Assembly: GCF_001194135.2 (NCBI RefSeq)
Contig: NC_069003.1
Span: forward strand, 23,854,587 to 23,914,987
Source: Octopus bimaculoides
Taxonomy: Eukaryota
DNA length: 60,401 nucleotides
Direction of reading: 5' to 3'
Shown: piece after piece, positions 1 to 12,205 of the stretch
Position numbering within the stretch: position 1 is the first letter of the stretch
How the letters are laid out: each line of letters starts with the position of its first letter
Made by a program: the position numbers and the translations under genes
The notes under the pieces: model-generated
Database searches by the model: none
What the model was told of the DNA's origin: nothing
The model's input: the letters and a program-made list of their open reading frames with translations, nothing else

Positions 1-114
1 GTCAATTCGAACGCATTTACTAACACTTTTTCCTGCACAGCTGCTTGTGAGACGATGTCCGCCATCTTCACAAATATATTGTAGATATGCATATATATAT
101 ATATGGGAGAATGT

Positions 115-260
115 ACGAAAAAACAACAACAGACGAGGACAGGTGGTGTAAACAACAAAAGGATGTATTAGTATGACGCTCGGGAATACGGAAAGTCTTT
201 AACGTTTCGAGCTACGCTCTTCAACAGAAAGAATACGGAGACAAGGAGAAAAACACGGAG
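115..260 (-). mobile_element. Penelope-like element terminal repeat
   Basis: ~120 bp shared with 46577-46696. Contains a CTG(T)TGA..GAAACGT hammerhead-like motif on the minus strand. Confidence 0.5.
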
Positions 261-1059
261 AGAAAAAAATTGAATAGTGTTCAGTCAACGGTCAATATAT
301 CCTCTTCTCGAGATCTTTGGCTTCAGACCTTTTAAGGTCTAGCCACTGATCACACAAGACACACCCAGTTCCAGCGACAACGCCAGACACCAACACCCGT
401 CCAACAACAACACACCTAGGTTTCAACACACCACTGTTCGTGAATTACTTCACCATAGATCAACAGCATATATACAACCTGCGAGCCACACGACAACATC
501 CATCCAACAGTATTGCGGCAGTCTCTTTCTTTGTCACCACCATCATCTTCTTAACGCCGTCAACATCATCTCTTTACGTACACAGCTGAAGCAACACTGC
601 GCAGATTACAACATAGCATTGTTTGTGAATTACTTCACCATGGATCAACAGCGAATATACAACCTGTGCTAACTCCTGTACCAAAAGACCCAGGCAGCAG
701 CATTACAGCCACAATTTCACGTACGACATGTACGGCAACCAGCTCTGCATCATCGCTACAACTTCTTGATATAGTATTTCAATTACCGTGTACAATTGAC
801 TACGAAACTGGTATTCTCACTCTTGTGTCTATGAACATTCGTCTAACTTCTCATTATAGACTCTTTCACTGTTATCCCCTTATATGTACTTAACGCACAC
901 GCATACATCTATACCTACACACACATACGCTTTGTTCTCATGACGGCCTGTCTATTATTCTCTATACATGACGCACACAAAGACACATAATTTAAAATTT
1001 CAAATCTTCTCTTAAACATTCTACTCAGTTGTGCCTCTCTCTTTCCTTTCTGGTACATA

Positions 1060-1376
1060 CAGGGTGTATAAAGTATTTGAGGACATACCTTTTTGGGGTC
1101 ATTGCTGGACAAAAATATATATCACCTAACAAAACAAAATCACTCAGACAAAATGCACAAATAATAAAACTTGTATTGACAACACAGTAAACGTTTTTTT
1201 TAACAACACAATAAACTGCTTTTTGAAGAGAATGAGAACGACAAGAAACTTGATCATGACGAACAAAATAATAAAAGATCACCACCATGAAAGAAGTGTT
1301 TCTATGTGGAAGATGCACAGGAGCCATAAAGTTTATAGACACATGGGAGGAGAAAATGATTTTCTGAAATGCCCTG
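1060..1376 (+). mobile_element. 5' end of a related maT-like element (runs into N gap)
   Basis: TA|CAGGGTGTATAAAGTATTTGAGGACATACCTTTTTGGGGTCATTGCT matches the left end of the 6364 element. Confidence 0.7.
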
Positions 1377-1590
1377 NNNNNNNNNNNNNNNNNNNNNNNN
1401 NNNNNNNNNNNNNNNNNNNNNNNNNNNNNNNNNNNNNNNNNNNNNNNNNNNNNNNNNNNNNNNNNNNNNNNNNNNNNNNNNNNNNNNNNNNNNNNNNNNN
1501 NNNNNNNNNNNNNNNNNNNNNNNNNNNNNNNNNNNNNNNNNNNNNNNNNNNNNNNNNNNNNNNNNNNNNNNNNNNNNNNNACAGCTAAAT

Positions 1591-1829
1591 AAGGTGATGA
1601 GCTGGCAGAAACGTTAGCACGCCGGGCAAAATGCTTAGCGGTATTTCGTCTCTCTTTACGTTCTGAGGTCCAAATCCACTGAGGTTGACTTTGCCTTTCA
1701 TCCTTTCGGGGTCGATAAATTAAGTACCAGTTACGCACTGGGGTCAATGTAATTGACTTAACCCCTTTTTTCTGTCCTTGTTTGTCCCCTCTATGTTTAG
1801 CCCCTTGTGGGCAATAAAGAAATAAGAAA
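1591..1829 (+). mobile_element. tRNA-derived SINE with Meta-core-like block
   Basis: GAGCTGGCAGAAACGTTAGC head and CTTTGCCTTTCATCCTTTCGGGGTCGATAAATTAAGTACCAG core. Multiple copies in the window. Confidence 0.8.
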
Positions 1830-2348
1830 CAGCTGAATTTCTATCCCTGACGTCTTATATAGTTCAAACTACACAAGTTAATGTGTGATAAACAAAATAG
1901 GAATTTTGAAAGAAGTATCTATAAAATTAATTATTAAATATCGAATGGCCATAGGAGTGGGGTCCACCAGAATAAAATAATACCTTTATTCCTTTACTTG
2001 TATCTACCATTTGATTGCAGCCATGCTGGAGCTCTGGCTTGAACAAATGACCCCAAGACTTATTTCATAAGGCTAGTTCTTATTCTCTCGCCCTCGTTTG
2101 CCGAATCACCGGTTGTCAAGTGGTGATGGACACACACACACACACACATATATGGTGGGCTTCTTTCTATTTCCATTTACCAAATCCACTCACAAGGCTT
2201 TGCTTGACCCAGGACTATAGTAGGAGATACTTGCCCAAGGTGCCATGCAGAGAGACTGAATCAGGAATCAATGGTTGGGAAGCAAGCTTCTAACTACACA
2301 ACCACACCTGTGCCTCTAGATAAAAACTGGTTGAAATTCATTACTCCA

Positions 2349-2590
2349 GAGGAAGTAGATCATTTCTGTTACCTACGACCCAATTAGCAGCGGAGAAAGA
2401 TGTTCTGAAAGTGTAATTTCCAGAGTAAGAATGAGATGTAGAAAATTCCGAGAGCTCTTGCCTCTGTTGGCAAATAAATGTCTCTCTTTCTAAGTGAAAG
2501 GAAGACTGAATGATGCTTGTGTATGAAGAGCAATACTACATGGTGGTGAGACATGAGTCTTAAATGCTGAGAACATGCAAAGACGTCTTG
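2349..2590 (+). mobile_element. RTE-clade LINE RT C-terminal fragment
   Basis: EEVDHFCYL...CSESVISRVRMRCRKFRELLPLL...VKGRLNDACV*RAILHGGET*, with stops. Confidence 0.8.
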
Positions 2591-3405
2591 ACCACCCAGT
2601 TATTTAGTAGGTAATTTACTCACTTCAAACAATCCAGTCTAACACCTACTTTAATTTTCAAAGGATTAAGAATTTGTTTTTAGAATCTCCTTGCTTCTGC
2701 TCTTAATGACTTGTAGGGACACCATATGCCGTTATGCAACCATAATATTCAACAAAATATATTAAATGCTTTTATAAGTCAATATTGTCTTCTACTGTGT
2801 TAACAGTGCTATTAAATCACATGTTAAAGTCATCTCTAAAGATTTCCTAAAGATTTGCTTCAGATACGAAATGTCATAACAAACCACTGCTGGTTACAAT
2901 TTCTCGTGAAAATCTAAAGAGATAATCTTAACAAGCTCTTACTATGGTTGCCATTCATACTAATCTGAATTTTTTGTGGGGTGGGTTTCAGTTTCAGGTC
3001 TTGCAGGAATTTTCAGATGTTAAAGATGTAAAGAAAACTTCCAGGATATCTAGCACGACCATTTTATTCTTGATCTAACAATATCAGCTCCTTGATTGAT
3101 TAACATTCTCTCTGGGACACTAGCAATTCATCAACAGCATCCTCTATGACTTCTGTGAACCGTCCATCATTTGCAAGTGTCACAATATCTAATTGTGATG
3201 TAGACTTTGTGCTTGTGGAAAACTTATAAAATCATAGATGCAGCTAGCCTTTTATTTTTCTAAGCATCATAAATAGTTGAGGGTTCCACTTTATCCCATG
3301 ATGCCACAGTTATCCTTTCTGTTTATCATCAACTTCTGTTTATCTTCATTTAAATTCCAGCTTTTGAAAATTCAGAAAGACAAAAGAAATTCCTGAATCA
3401 TCAGT

Positions 3406-3585
3406 ATGGCAGCACCATATCGATTACCCTCCAATTACATAAGACAGCAAGGCAATTCTGGCAGACACTTTGTTGGACGACATGATGAGAGGGAAAAGCT
3501 GAAGATCTTGATCAAGGATGAAGATACTCAAATAATACAAGTTCATGGACTGCCTTATGTTGGCAAAACAAGATTTGTGAAAACT
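3406..3585 (+). CDS. STAND/NB-ARC-TPR gene exon 1 (FVGR..E motif and Walker A GLPYVGKT)
   Basis: ATG 3406 with in-frame TGA at 3394-3396. Encodes MAAPYRLPSN...HFVGRHDEREKLKILI...IIQVHGLPYVGKTRFVKT. Donor GTAAG at 3586, phase 0. Confidence 0.85.
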
Positions 3586-3875
3586 GTAAGAAATTTAATA
3601 TTGTTTTCTCTTTTTTTTTACGTTAACCTTTTTGCATTTTGCCTTTCTGTAGGTTATTAATGATCATTGAGGTTTTACAGTTAAGTTACCGTAAATCCCA
3701 TACAATGGCAGTCACTGAAGCCTTTGTACCATTTGGTGAGTTGATGGTTGACTTATGATCAAAGGAATTTCACCTGTAACCATCCTGTCTAATTAAAGGT
3801 GGCAAAGATTACATTATTTAATGTATCCTGAACTATGTTATGAAACAGACGGGCAGTTGACTGCTTTATATATTA

Positions 3876-4143
3876 TGACACATGAAATCTTCCGAGCGGA
3901 ATCGTTGCCGGTGCCCCTGGGCTGGCTCTTGTGCGGGTGACACATGAGGTTTTTCGAGCGAGATCATTGCCAGTGCCCCTGGACTGGCTCTTGTGCTGGT
4001 GACACATGAAATCTCTTCGAGCGAGATCGTTGCCGGTGCCCCTGAACTGGCTTTTGTGTGGGGTTGTTGTAGGATTTTCGAGCGANNNNNNNNNNCAACC
4101 CATGCTAGCATGGAAAGCGGACGTTAAACGATGACGACGACGA
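3876..4143 (+). mobile_element. RTE-type 3' tail repeat with ~62-bp internal tandem units
   Basis: Ends AACCCATGCTAGCATGGAAAGCGGACGTTAAACGATGACGACG. Contains 3+ copies of TGACACATGA...GCTCTTGTG. Confidence 0.7.
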
Positions 4144-4703
4144 CGTATGTATGTAAGTGGGTAGGGAGGTTGACTGAAAACTGGGGAGCTGCACCAGGTT
4201 CCAATCTAATTTGACATGGTCTCTACAGTTGAATGCCCCTCCCAACAGCAACCACTGCAAGAGTGTAAGGGGTGTTTTCTACGTGCCAATTATGAAACAC
4301 CAGCATTAGCCATGACTACGATCTCACTAGGCTTGACAGATCTCATGCATGAGACTAGTTAATTGATAGACAGAGAGTTAGAGAGGTAGATGAAATAAGA
4401 GATGGATAGTAAAAGAGATGAAGCAACTGTGCAATTAATAGAAAGATAGTTAAAGAGACAGAGTGGCAAACTGACAAACTGCTATCTAGAAAGATACTTA
4501 GACAAACTGTTAGATGAATATAAAGGAAGTCACTTAGATACACTGAACTAATGCATAGATAAAAGAATAGACAAAGAGACAGTTATTGATAGAGAATTAT
4601 ATAGTCAGACGGAGAAAGAGACAAACTGAGAGACCAATAAATTGATAAGTGAATCTATCAAAATCTTTGAACTTATTCTAATGTTATGTTTCTAATATGA
4701 CAG

Positions 4704-5884
4704 GTCTGTCAAGAATTGAAGGATGAAATTAACCCTGAAAGACTCCACATAAAANNNNNNNNNNNNNNNNNNNNNNNNNNNNNNNNNNNNNNNNNNNNNN
4801 NNNNNNNNNNNNNNNNNNNNNNNNNNNNNNNNNNNNNNNNNNNNNNNNNNNNNNNNNNNNNNNNNNNNNNNNNNNNNNNNNNNNNNNNNNNNNNNNNNNN
4901 NNNNNNNNNNNNNNNNNNNNNNNNNNNNNNNNNNNNNNNNNNNNNNNNNNNNNNNNNNNNNNNNNNNNNNNNNNNNNNNNNNNNNNNNNNNNNNNNNNNN
5001 NNNNNNNNNNNNNNNNNNNNNNNNNNNNNNNNNNNNNNNNNNNNNNNNNNNNNNNNNNNNNNNNNNNNNNNNNNNNNNNNNNNNNNNNNNNNNNNNNNNN
5101 NNNNNNNNNNNNNNNNNNNNNNNNNNNNNNNNNNNNNNNNNNNNNNNNNNNNNNNNNNNNNNNNNNNNNNNNNNNNNNNNNNNNNNNNNNNNNNNNNNNN
5201 NNNNNNNNNNNNNNNNNNNNNNNNNNNNNNNNNNNNNNNNNNNNNNNNNNNNNNNNNNNNNNNNNNNNNNNNNNNNNNNNNNNNNNNNNNNNNNNNNNNN
5301 NNNNNNNNNNNNNNNNNNNNNNNNNNNNNNNNNNNNNNNNNNNNNNNNNNNNNNNNNNNNNNNNNNNNNNNNNNNNNNNNNNNNNNNNNNNNNNNNNNNN
5401 NNNNNNNNNNNNNNNNNNNNNNNNNNNNNNNNNNNNNNNNNNNNNNNNNNNNNNNNNNNNNNNNNNNNNNNNNNNNNNNNNNNNNNNNNNNNNNNNNNNN
5501 NNNNNNNNNNNNNNTGGTATCGAGGAAGCTGTTGAAATGACTGATTCTTCTAGTCAACCAGCTTCCAAGATGCATGTTCTGATGCCGCTTGTTGAACAAG
5601 GTTTGATCAATTCAGATTTAGAATTACAGACTTTCCAAGTACAAGAATTAATACGTGCAATTACTAAACAACAGATAGACAATGTACACAGCAATGATTT
5701 GGTAAAGCTCAAATATACAAACATTATTGGGAAAAGTTTGCTGAAGGCTCAAAATATTTATGATAGAGGTCTCATGCATGAAGCACTTGGAATAATGAGC
5801 AATAACTGGGAAAATATTTCATTTCTGATGAAGAAAGGGATTGAAGCACCCTCAGATGGTAGGACATATGGAGTTTATTATGAG
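4704..5884 (+). CDS. STAND/NB-ARC-TPR gene exon 2 region (interrupted by N gap 4755-5514); NTPase core to winged-helix/helical region
   Basis: Acceptor GACAG| at 4703 gives VCQELKDEINPERLHIK in phase 0. After the gap: GIEEAVEM...LVEQGLINSDLELQTFQVQELIRAI...TYGVYYE, donor GTAAGA at 5885. Extra introns may be hidden in the gap. Confidence 0.75.
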
Positions 5885-6363
5885 GTAAGATATTTTGTCT
5901 TAAACAACATGTCTTGTATCTTGTGTTGTCAGTCTTTCATATGTCACATTTTAGTTTAACCTGTGTTATATCTTCCGACATCTTTACCATTGGTTCTCAA
6001 CTGAGGTCCATATAAATTTTTTCTGTCGTGGTGGTGGTGGTTGCAGTGATGGTGAGTGCATAGTGAAAAGTAATTTTTTTTTTAAATAAACTAAATTTTT
6101 TATATCACCTGTCACTTAACACATACGCATCCCAAACTTGCCATTCACCAGTTTCTCGTTTGCCTGTCACAAGGGTAGACGTTTGATAAAATGGGGCTGT
6201 TCTTGCCTGAACCTGTATTCAGCCATGGTCAGCTATTTGTTGCATTCTCAAAGGATCACAAATTATCTGACACTGACAAAAGAAAAGAAGAGGAAGAATA
6301 TACATGAAGAAAATAGTCTGCAAAGAAATATTAGATTGAAAGGTGTATGCAAATTGAAATGTA

Positions 6364-7622
6364 CAGGTTACATGAGGTATTTGAGGACATGCCTTTTTGG
6401 GTCATTGCTACATTTTTTGTTAATCCTATATAATCTTTGTTTCAGAAAATAATAATGGCAGACCCTCAGCTTACTCAAGAAATGAAGATGCATGCTTTTA
6501 TTGTGGTTAAAAATGTTGAGCATAGCAATTTAGAATTATCTCAATTTTTAAAAGTTACCAGATCTTTCATCTACAAAGTTTGTAAGGAGCTTACAGACTG
6601 AAGATGGAAATGTTTCACCAGTATCAAAGCATAAAAAGCATTTTAAACACTCTGAATTCATCAGAACACCTGAATTTATCCAGTAAGTTCAACAGACCAT
6701 TCATTACAATCACAGAAAGTCCTTGAGGTCAATTGCAAAAGATCTCCATGTGTCAGAAGGAACAGTCAGAAATATTGTCCACAAAGACATCAGATATAAG
6801 ACTTACATGATGAGGAAAAGTCAATTTGTCAGAAAAAGCAAAAGAAAATCATTACATCAGATCTCGTAAAAGGCTCTTAAACAAACTGAAAAATCCAGCA
6901 GCAGAAGATTTGATTTGGTTTTTCACAAACGAGAAAAACTTTGACCAAGATCTGAAAGTTAACAGAAGAAATGATAGATGGTTATATGCAGGCTCTTCTG
7001 AAGTTCCAAGTGTGATGCATACAAAATTTTCTGCAACTGTCATGGTTTTAGGGGTTGTCAACAATGAAGGACATGTTATGCCTCCTTACTTCTTTCCACA
7101 AGGCCTTAGAGTTAACTCTGCCACCTACATTGGGATCCTGGAAATGATTGTTAAGCCCTGGATAGACAGTGTATGCAATGAAAAGCCATATGTGTTTCAG
7201 TAAGACTCTGCACTATCACACATGGCTCTAGTAACATAGGAATGGGTGGCTGAAAATGTTCATGATCACAATTGGCCTCCAAATTCCCCAGATCTCAATG
7301 CATTGGATTATTACATGTGGAGCATTGTTGAGAGAGAGGTCAATCAACATGCCCATAACACCAAAGATTCTTTGAAAGCTGCCATAGTCAGAGTAATGTC
7401 CAAAATGAACCAAGAACAATTGACTCGAGCATGGAGATGATTTAGATCTCATATAGAAGCAGTTGCTGAAGTTGAAGGTGGTTTTATTGAATAACATTAA
7501 AGAAAAGAAGGTTCATTTTTTTTCCTCATAGCATTTTTTGATAAATGAAATTATTATCTGTTATTATATATCTGTTTTATTTTATAAACATAAATCTGTC
7601 CTCAAATATCTTATGCACTCTG
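6364..7622 (+). mobile_element. Full-length decayed IS630-Tc1-mariner transposon, maT (DD37D)-like
   Basis: ~28-bp imperfect TIRs (CAGGTTACATGAGGTATTTGAGGACA / TGTCCTCAAATATCTTATGCACTCTG) with TA on both sides. Frameshifted transposase with WFFTNEKNF, FQ*DSA and WPPNSPDLNALDYYMW motifs. Confidence 0.9.
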
Positions 7623-8197
7623 TATATTGGCTCTGAGAATGCCATGTTGCCTTAAATTTTTACTCCTATGAAATTATGATCCCTATATTTTACATATAAG
7701 ATATTTTTTTACTATAAAATTTTTGTTTTCTAGATATGAAATTGTGACCATGTGAATTTTAAAATGTAATTTTTCCTGTTTATGGGAAAAAAACGAAAAA
7801 ATAAGAGTGGATATTTAGTTTATGACTGCTGTGTATGAAGTCTATAAAATTGTGAATAAAGTCTATAAAGTATATACATATCTAGACAAATATTCTATAA
7901 TTATAAACATAATTATTGTTAGGGGTCAGCTAATTGCTTCACCACATACCGAATTTAGAAATAGGACTTTTATATATATATACATATATATATAAAGTGC
8001 ATTAAGTAATCATCGTATTCCAATTTCCTTCACTTTTCAATGAATAGCAGATGAGCGACTATCCTTTGATACAGACACAACACAGGATACACTTTCAGGC
8101 TTTTGGGATAAAGTTTTCAGGAATAACCCAATAGGTTTCCTATTAATTCTGTGAAATATTCATGGGCCCTGCTAGTTATTATTATTAATGTTATTCA

Positions 8198-8402
8198 AGG
8201 AGTAAACTGGCAGAATCGTTAGCATACTGGGCAAAATGCTTAGCGACATTTCATCTGTCTTTATGTTCTGAGTTCAAATGCTGCTGATGTCAACTTTGCT
8301 TTCCGTCCTTTCAGATTCAATAAATTAAGTACCAGTAAAACATTAGGGTCGATGTAATCGATTAGACCCCTTCCCCCAAATTTCAGGCCTTTAGTAGAAA
8401 GG
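8198..8402 (+). mobile_element. SINE, same family as 1591
   Basis: Degenerate head and core. Confidence 0.7.
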
Positions 8403-8697
8403 TTTATTATTATTATTATTATTATTATCATTATTATTATTATTATTATCATTATTCCTCTGGGGCAGTAGAGATTTGAAGTTATTATTTGTCAGAAAAA
8501 AATATTGATTTCAAATTTTGGCACAAAGCCAATAATTTCTGGAAAGAGGTAAATTGATTTGAACCCAGAACATGAAGACGGACAAAATGTCACCATGCAT
8601 TCTGCTTAATATGCTAATGGTTCTGCTGGCTCACCACATCATTTCTACATATTTCTAAATATTAATGCATGTTACTTGTTCTGTATTTGTCTCTTAG

Positions 8698-8854
8698 ATA
8701 ACATTAAAAGCCTCAGATATACTGATGCTATGTCACCCTAGAGATTCAAGGCAGTTTTTCCAAGCATGTCTACAAAACTCCATGTTGTTTGGCAATGAAG
8801 AAGAACAAGCTTTTATGAATATAGCATATGGTGTATCCTTGACAGATTTACCAG
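8698..8854 (+). CDS. STAND-TPR gene exon
   Basis: Acceptor TTTGTCTCTTAG|. Open frame ITLKASDILMLCHPRDSRQFFQACLQNSMLFGNEEEQAFMNIAYGVSLTDLP. Donor GTATGA. Phase 0 in, 1 out. Confidence 0.8.
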
Positions 8855-11469
8855 GTATGATATGACTATGGTGTGTAGATTTTGTCATTCCACTGATGTA
8901 GATAATATGCTTAACAGGAATACATATTGAGCATTTAGCANNNNNNNNNNNNNNNNNNNNNNNNNNNNNNNNNNNNNNNNNNNNNNNNNNNNNNNNNNNN
9001 NNNNNNNNNNNNNNNNNNNNNNNNNNNNNNNNNNNNNNNNNNNNNNNNNNNNNNNNNNNNNNNNNNNNNNNNNNNNNNNNNNNNNNNNNNNNNNNNNNNN
9101 NNNNNNNNNNNNNNNNNNNNNNNNNNNNNNNNNNNNNNNNNNNNNNNNNNNNNNNNNNNNNNNNNNNNNNNNNNNNNNNNNNNNNNNNNNNNNNNNNNNN
9201 NNNNNNNNNNNNNNNNNNNNNNNNNNNNNNNNNNNNNNNNNNNNNNNNNNNNNNNNNNNNNNNNNNNNNNNNNNNNNNNNNNNNNNNNNNNNNNNNNNNN
9301 NNNNNNNNNNNNNNNNNNNNNNNNNNNNNNNNNNNNNNNNNNNNNNNNNNNNNNNNNNNNNNNNNNNNNNNNNNNNNNNNNNNNNNNNNNNNNNNNNNNN
9401 NNNNNNNNNNNNNNNNNNNNNNNNNNNNNNNNNNNNNNNNNNNNNNNNNNNNNNNNNNNNNNNNNNNNNNNNNNNNNNNNNNNNNNNNNNNNNNNNNNNN
9501 NNNNNNNNNNNNNNNNNNNNNNNNNNNNNNNNNNNNNNNNNNNNNNNNNNNNNNNNNNNNNNNNNNNNNNNNNNNNNNNNNNNNNNNNNNNNNNNNNNNN
9601 NNNNNNNNNNNNNNNNNNNNNNNNNNNNNNNNNNNNNNNNNNNNNNNNNNNNNNNNNNNNNNNNNNNNNNNNNNNNNNNNNNNNNNNNNNNNNNNNNNNN
9701 NNNNNNNNNNNNNNNNNNNNNNNNNNNNNNNNNNNNNACAGCCTTTGAAAATTGCCAAGAATTAAGCGTACAGTAAATGTATGCCTCTTTTAGGTGTTTT
9801 TATTTCAATAGGTACACAAGATAAAGCAAGCACAATTTTTTTCCCTGTTATTTAGCATAGAGTTGACCATTTCTGAGCAATAACCATGTTAGTTACTATT
9901 ATGGGAGTGTCAGAATAATCTTTTGAGATATGTGCAATTTCAAAATTTCTCAAAAAATGCCCATTTTAATTCCCTTAGTTGACCATATGCGTAGTTTACT
10001 ATCATTTTGAAATTTTTACCACGCACTTTGACACTTTCGAAAATGATGTAACAGAAATTTGGTTTTGCTGCTGAACTTCTTTTTAGAGTTGTGAATTTTT
10101 AGAAATTCATTTGTCTGCACTTTGTACAGGATCAACTTATTCATAAAGCATGGATATAAAACAGCATATTACACATCAGTGATTTATTCAATATAGTATA
10201 AATAAACATCTTTTTAATTAATTGATATTTATTGATTCAACAAATGGCAAACTACTACATGTATATCCATAACCATGTTTTACATGATAGTGTACTGAGC
10301 CACACATAAAACATGGATGTTAAACAGTTAGAATTCACAAGAAATTCAACATAAATTCATTTTAATCAGATATAGAATACTATATTGCCCTTCATTGAAT
10401 TATTCAATACAGTACCTATTGAGTCATTGATGACAAACTTGAGCACTTTTNNNNNNNNNNNNNNNNNNNNNNNNNNNNNNNNNNNNNNNNNNNNNNNNNN
10501 NNNNNNNNNNNNNNNNNNNNNNNNNNNNNNNNNNNNNNNNNNNNNNNNNNNNNNNNNNNNNNNNNNNNNNNNNNNNNNNNNNNNNNNNNNNNNNNNNNNN
10601 NNNNNNNNNNNNNNNNNNNNNNNNNNNNNNNNNNNNNNNNNNNNNNNNNNNNNNNNNNNNNNNNNNNNNNNNNNNNNNNNNNNNNNNNNNNNNNNNNNNN
10701 NNNNNNNNNNNNNNNNNNNNNNNNNNNNNNNNNNNNNNNNNNNNNNNNNNNNNNNNNNNNNNNNNNNNNNNNNNNNNNNNNNNNNNNNNNNNNNNNNNNN
10801 NNNNNNNNNNNNNNNNNNNNNNNNNNNNNNNNNNNNNNNNNNNNNNNNNNNNNNNNNNNNNNNNNNNNNNNNNNNNNNNNNNNNNNNNNNNNNNNNNNNN
10901 NNNNNNNNNNNNNNNNNNNNNNNNNNNNNNNNNNNNNNNNNNNNNNNNNNNNNNNNNNNNNNNNNNNNNNNNNNNNNNNNNNNNNNNNNNNNNNNNNNNN
11001 NNNNNNNNNNNNNNNNNNNNNNNNNNNNNNNNNNNNNNNNNNNNNNNNNNNNNNNNNNNNNNNNNNNNNNNNNNNNNNNNNNNNNNNNNNNNNNNNNTGT
11101 TGTTGTTGTTGCTGCTGCTGCTGCACCTGTTATTGTTGCTGACCTTCAGGTCAGTTTTGATAGAATGACCTATGATCAAAGATGTTCTGTCTGATCGTAC
11201 TACCTGCTATGTATATCTAGGACTACATCATCTAGTGTGATATTCCTTTTTGTAAGAAAACTCAGTGTGATTTGAGGGAAATTTGGCTGTTATTTCTGAC
11301 AAATTTGAGTGACTGTGTAGAGGCTACCATTGCCAGTGATGTTGTCTGTTGCTTTTTATTGTTTGTAGATATTGCCGTTGATGTTGATGTTGTTGTTGTT
11401 GTTGGTGGTGGTGTTGCTATTACTTTGGGCATCATTATAACACAGAATATTTTCTTGTGTCTTCTACAG

Positions 11470-11617
11470 GTTATGGAGGATACAATGAAGCCATGGTGCA
11501 CTACAAGAAGGCTTTGGATGTATTGAAATCAAGAAACAGCCAGTACCGACAAGCGCTGCTGTACAATAGCATGGCTCTCAATGCCTATATGCAAAGCAGT
11601 TATGTGGAAGCCTTGAA
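11470..11617 (+). CDS. STAND-TPR gene exon (TPR-like)
   Basis: Acceptor TCTTCTACAG|. Encodes GYGGYNEAMVHYKKALDVLKSRNSQYRQALLYNSMALNAYMQSSYVEAL. Donor GTATGT at 11618 (phase 2) matches the next exon. Confidence 0.85.
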
Positions 11618-11674
11618 GTATGTTGTACAAGTCAGAGGAAAATCTCTCCCTCCCTCCTGCCCACTCATTTCACA

Positions 11675-11723
<49 letters not shown>

Positions 11724-12114
11724 ATCCATTATACTATCTCCCAACTGTCTTTTCTCTTATTCTCTGTTTTTCTTTCTTCCTCGTTCATTTCTAACTTTCT
11801 CTCACTTTCACTTTTGTCCTTTAGTATAGTGCACACTAATTAACATGTGATACTCATCTTATTAATTATATTAGATCCTATATTACTTACAAATTTATGT
11901 TAATTAAATATCATCATCATCCTCATTATTAATGTCCCTTTTTCCTTGCTGGCATGGGTTGGACAGTTTGACCAGAACAGACAAGCCAGAGTGCTCTGCC
12001 AGCTGCTATGCTTGCTTTTGCATGGTTTTATAGCTGAGTGCAAGATAAAACCCCTCAACTGAATGGAGTACAAACTGGAGAATAAAGCTCTGATAAAACA
12101 TTTTAGCAAAATAT

Positions 12115-12205
<91 letters not shown>

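Noticed and set aside
3000-3350. Protein-like minus-strand stretch (LDIVTLANDGRFTEVIEDAVDELL)
   Set aside because: It is interrupted by several stops, has no splice signals and no recognisable family. It may be a decayed element but is unsupported.
11618-11843. Extension of the 11457 ORF past the exon (VQVRGKSLPP...SLSLSL)
   Set aside because: It is read-through into an intronic (CT)n tract. The donor at 11618 gives a phase-consistent join.
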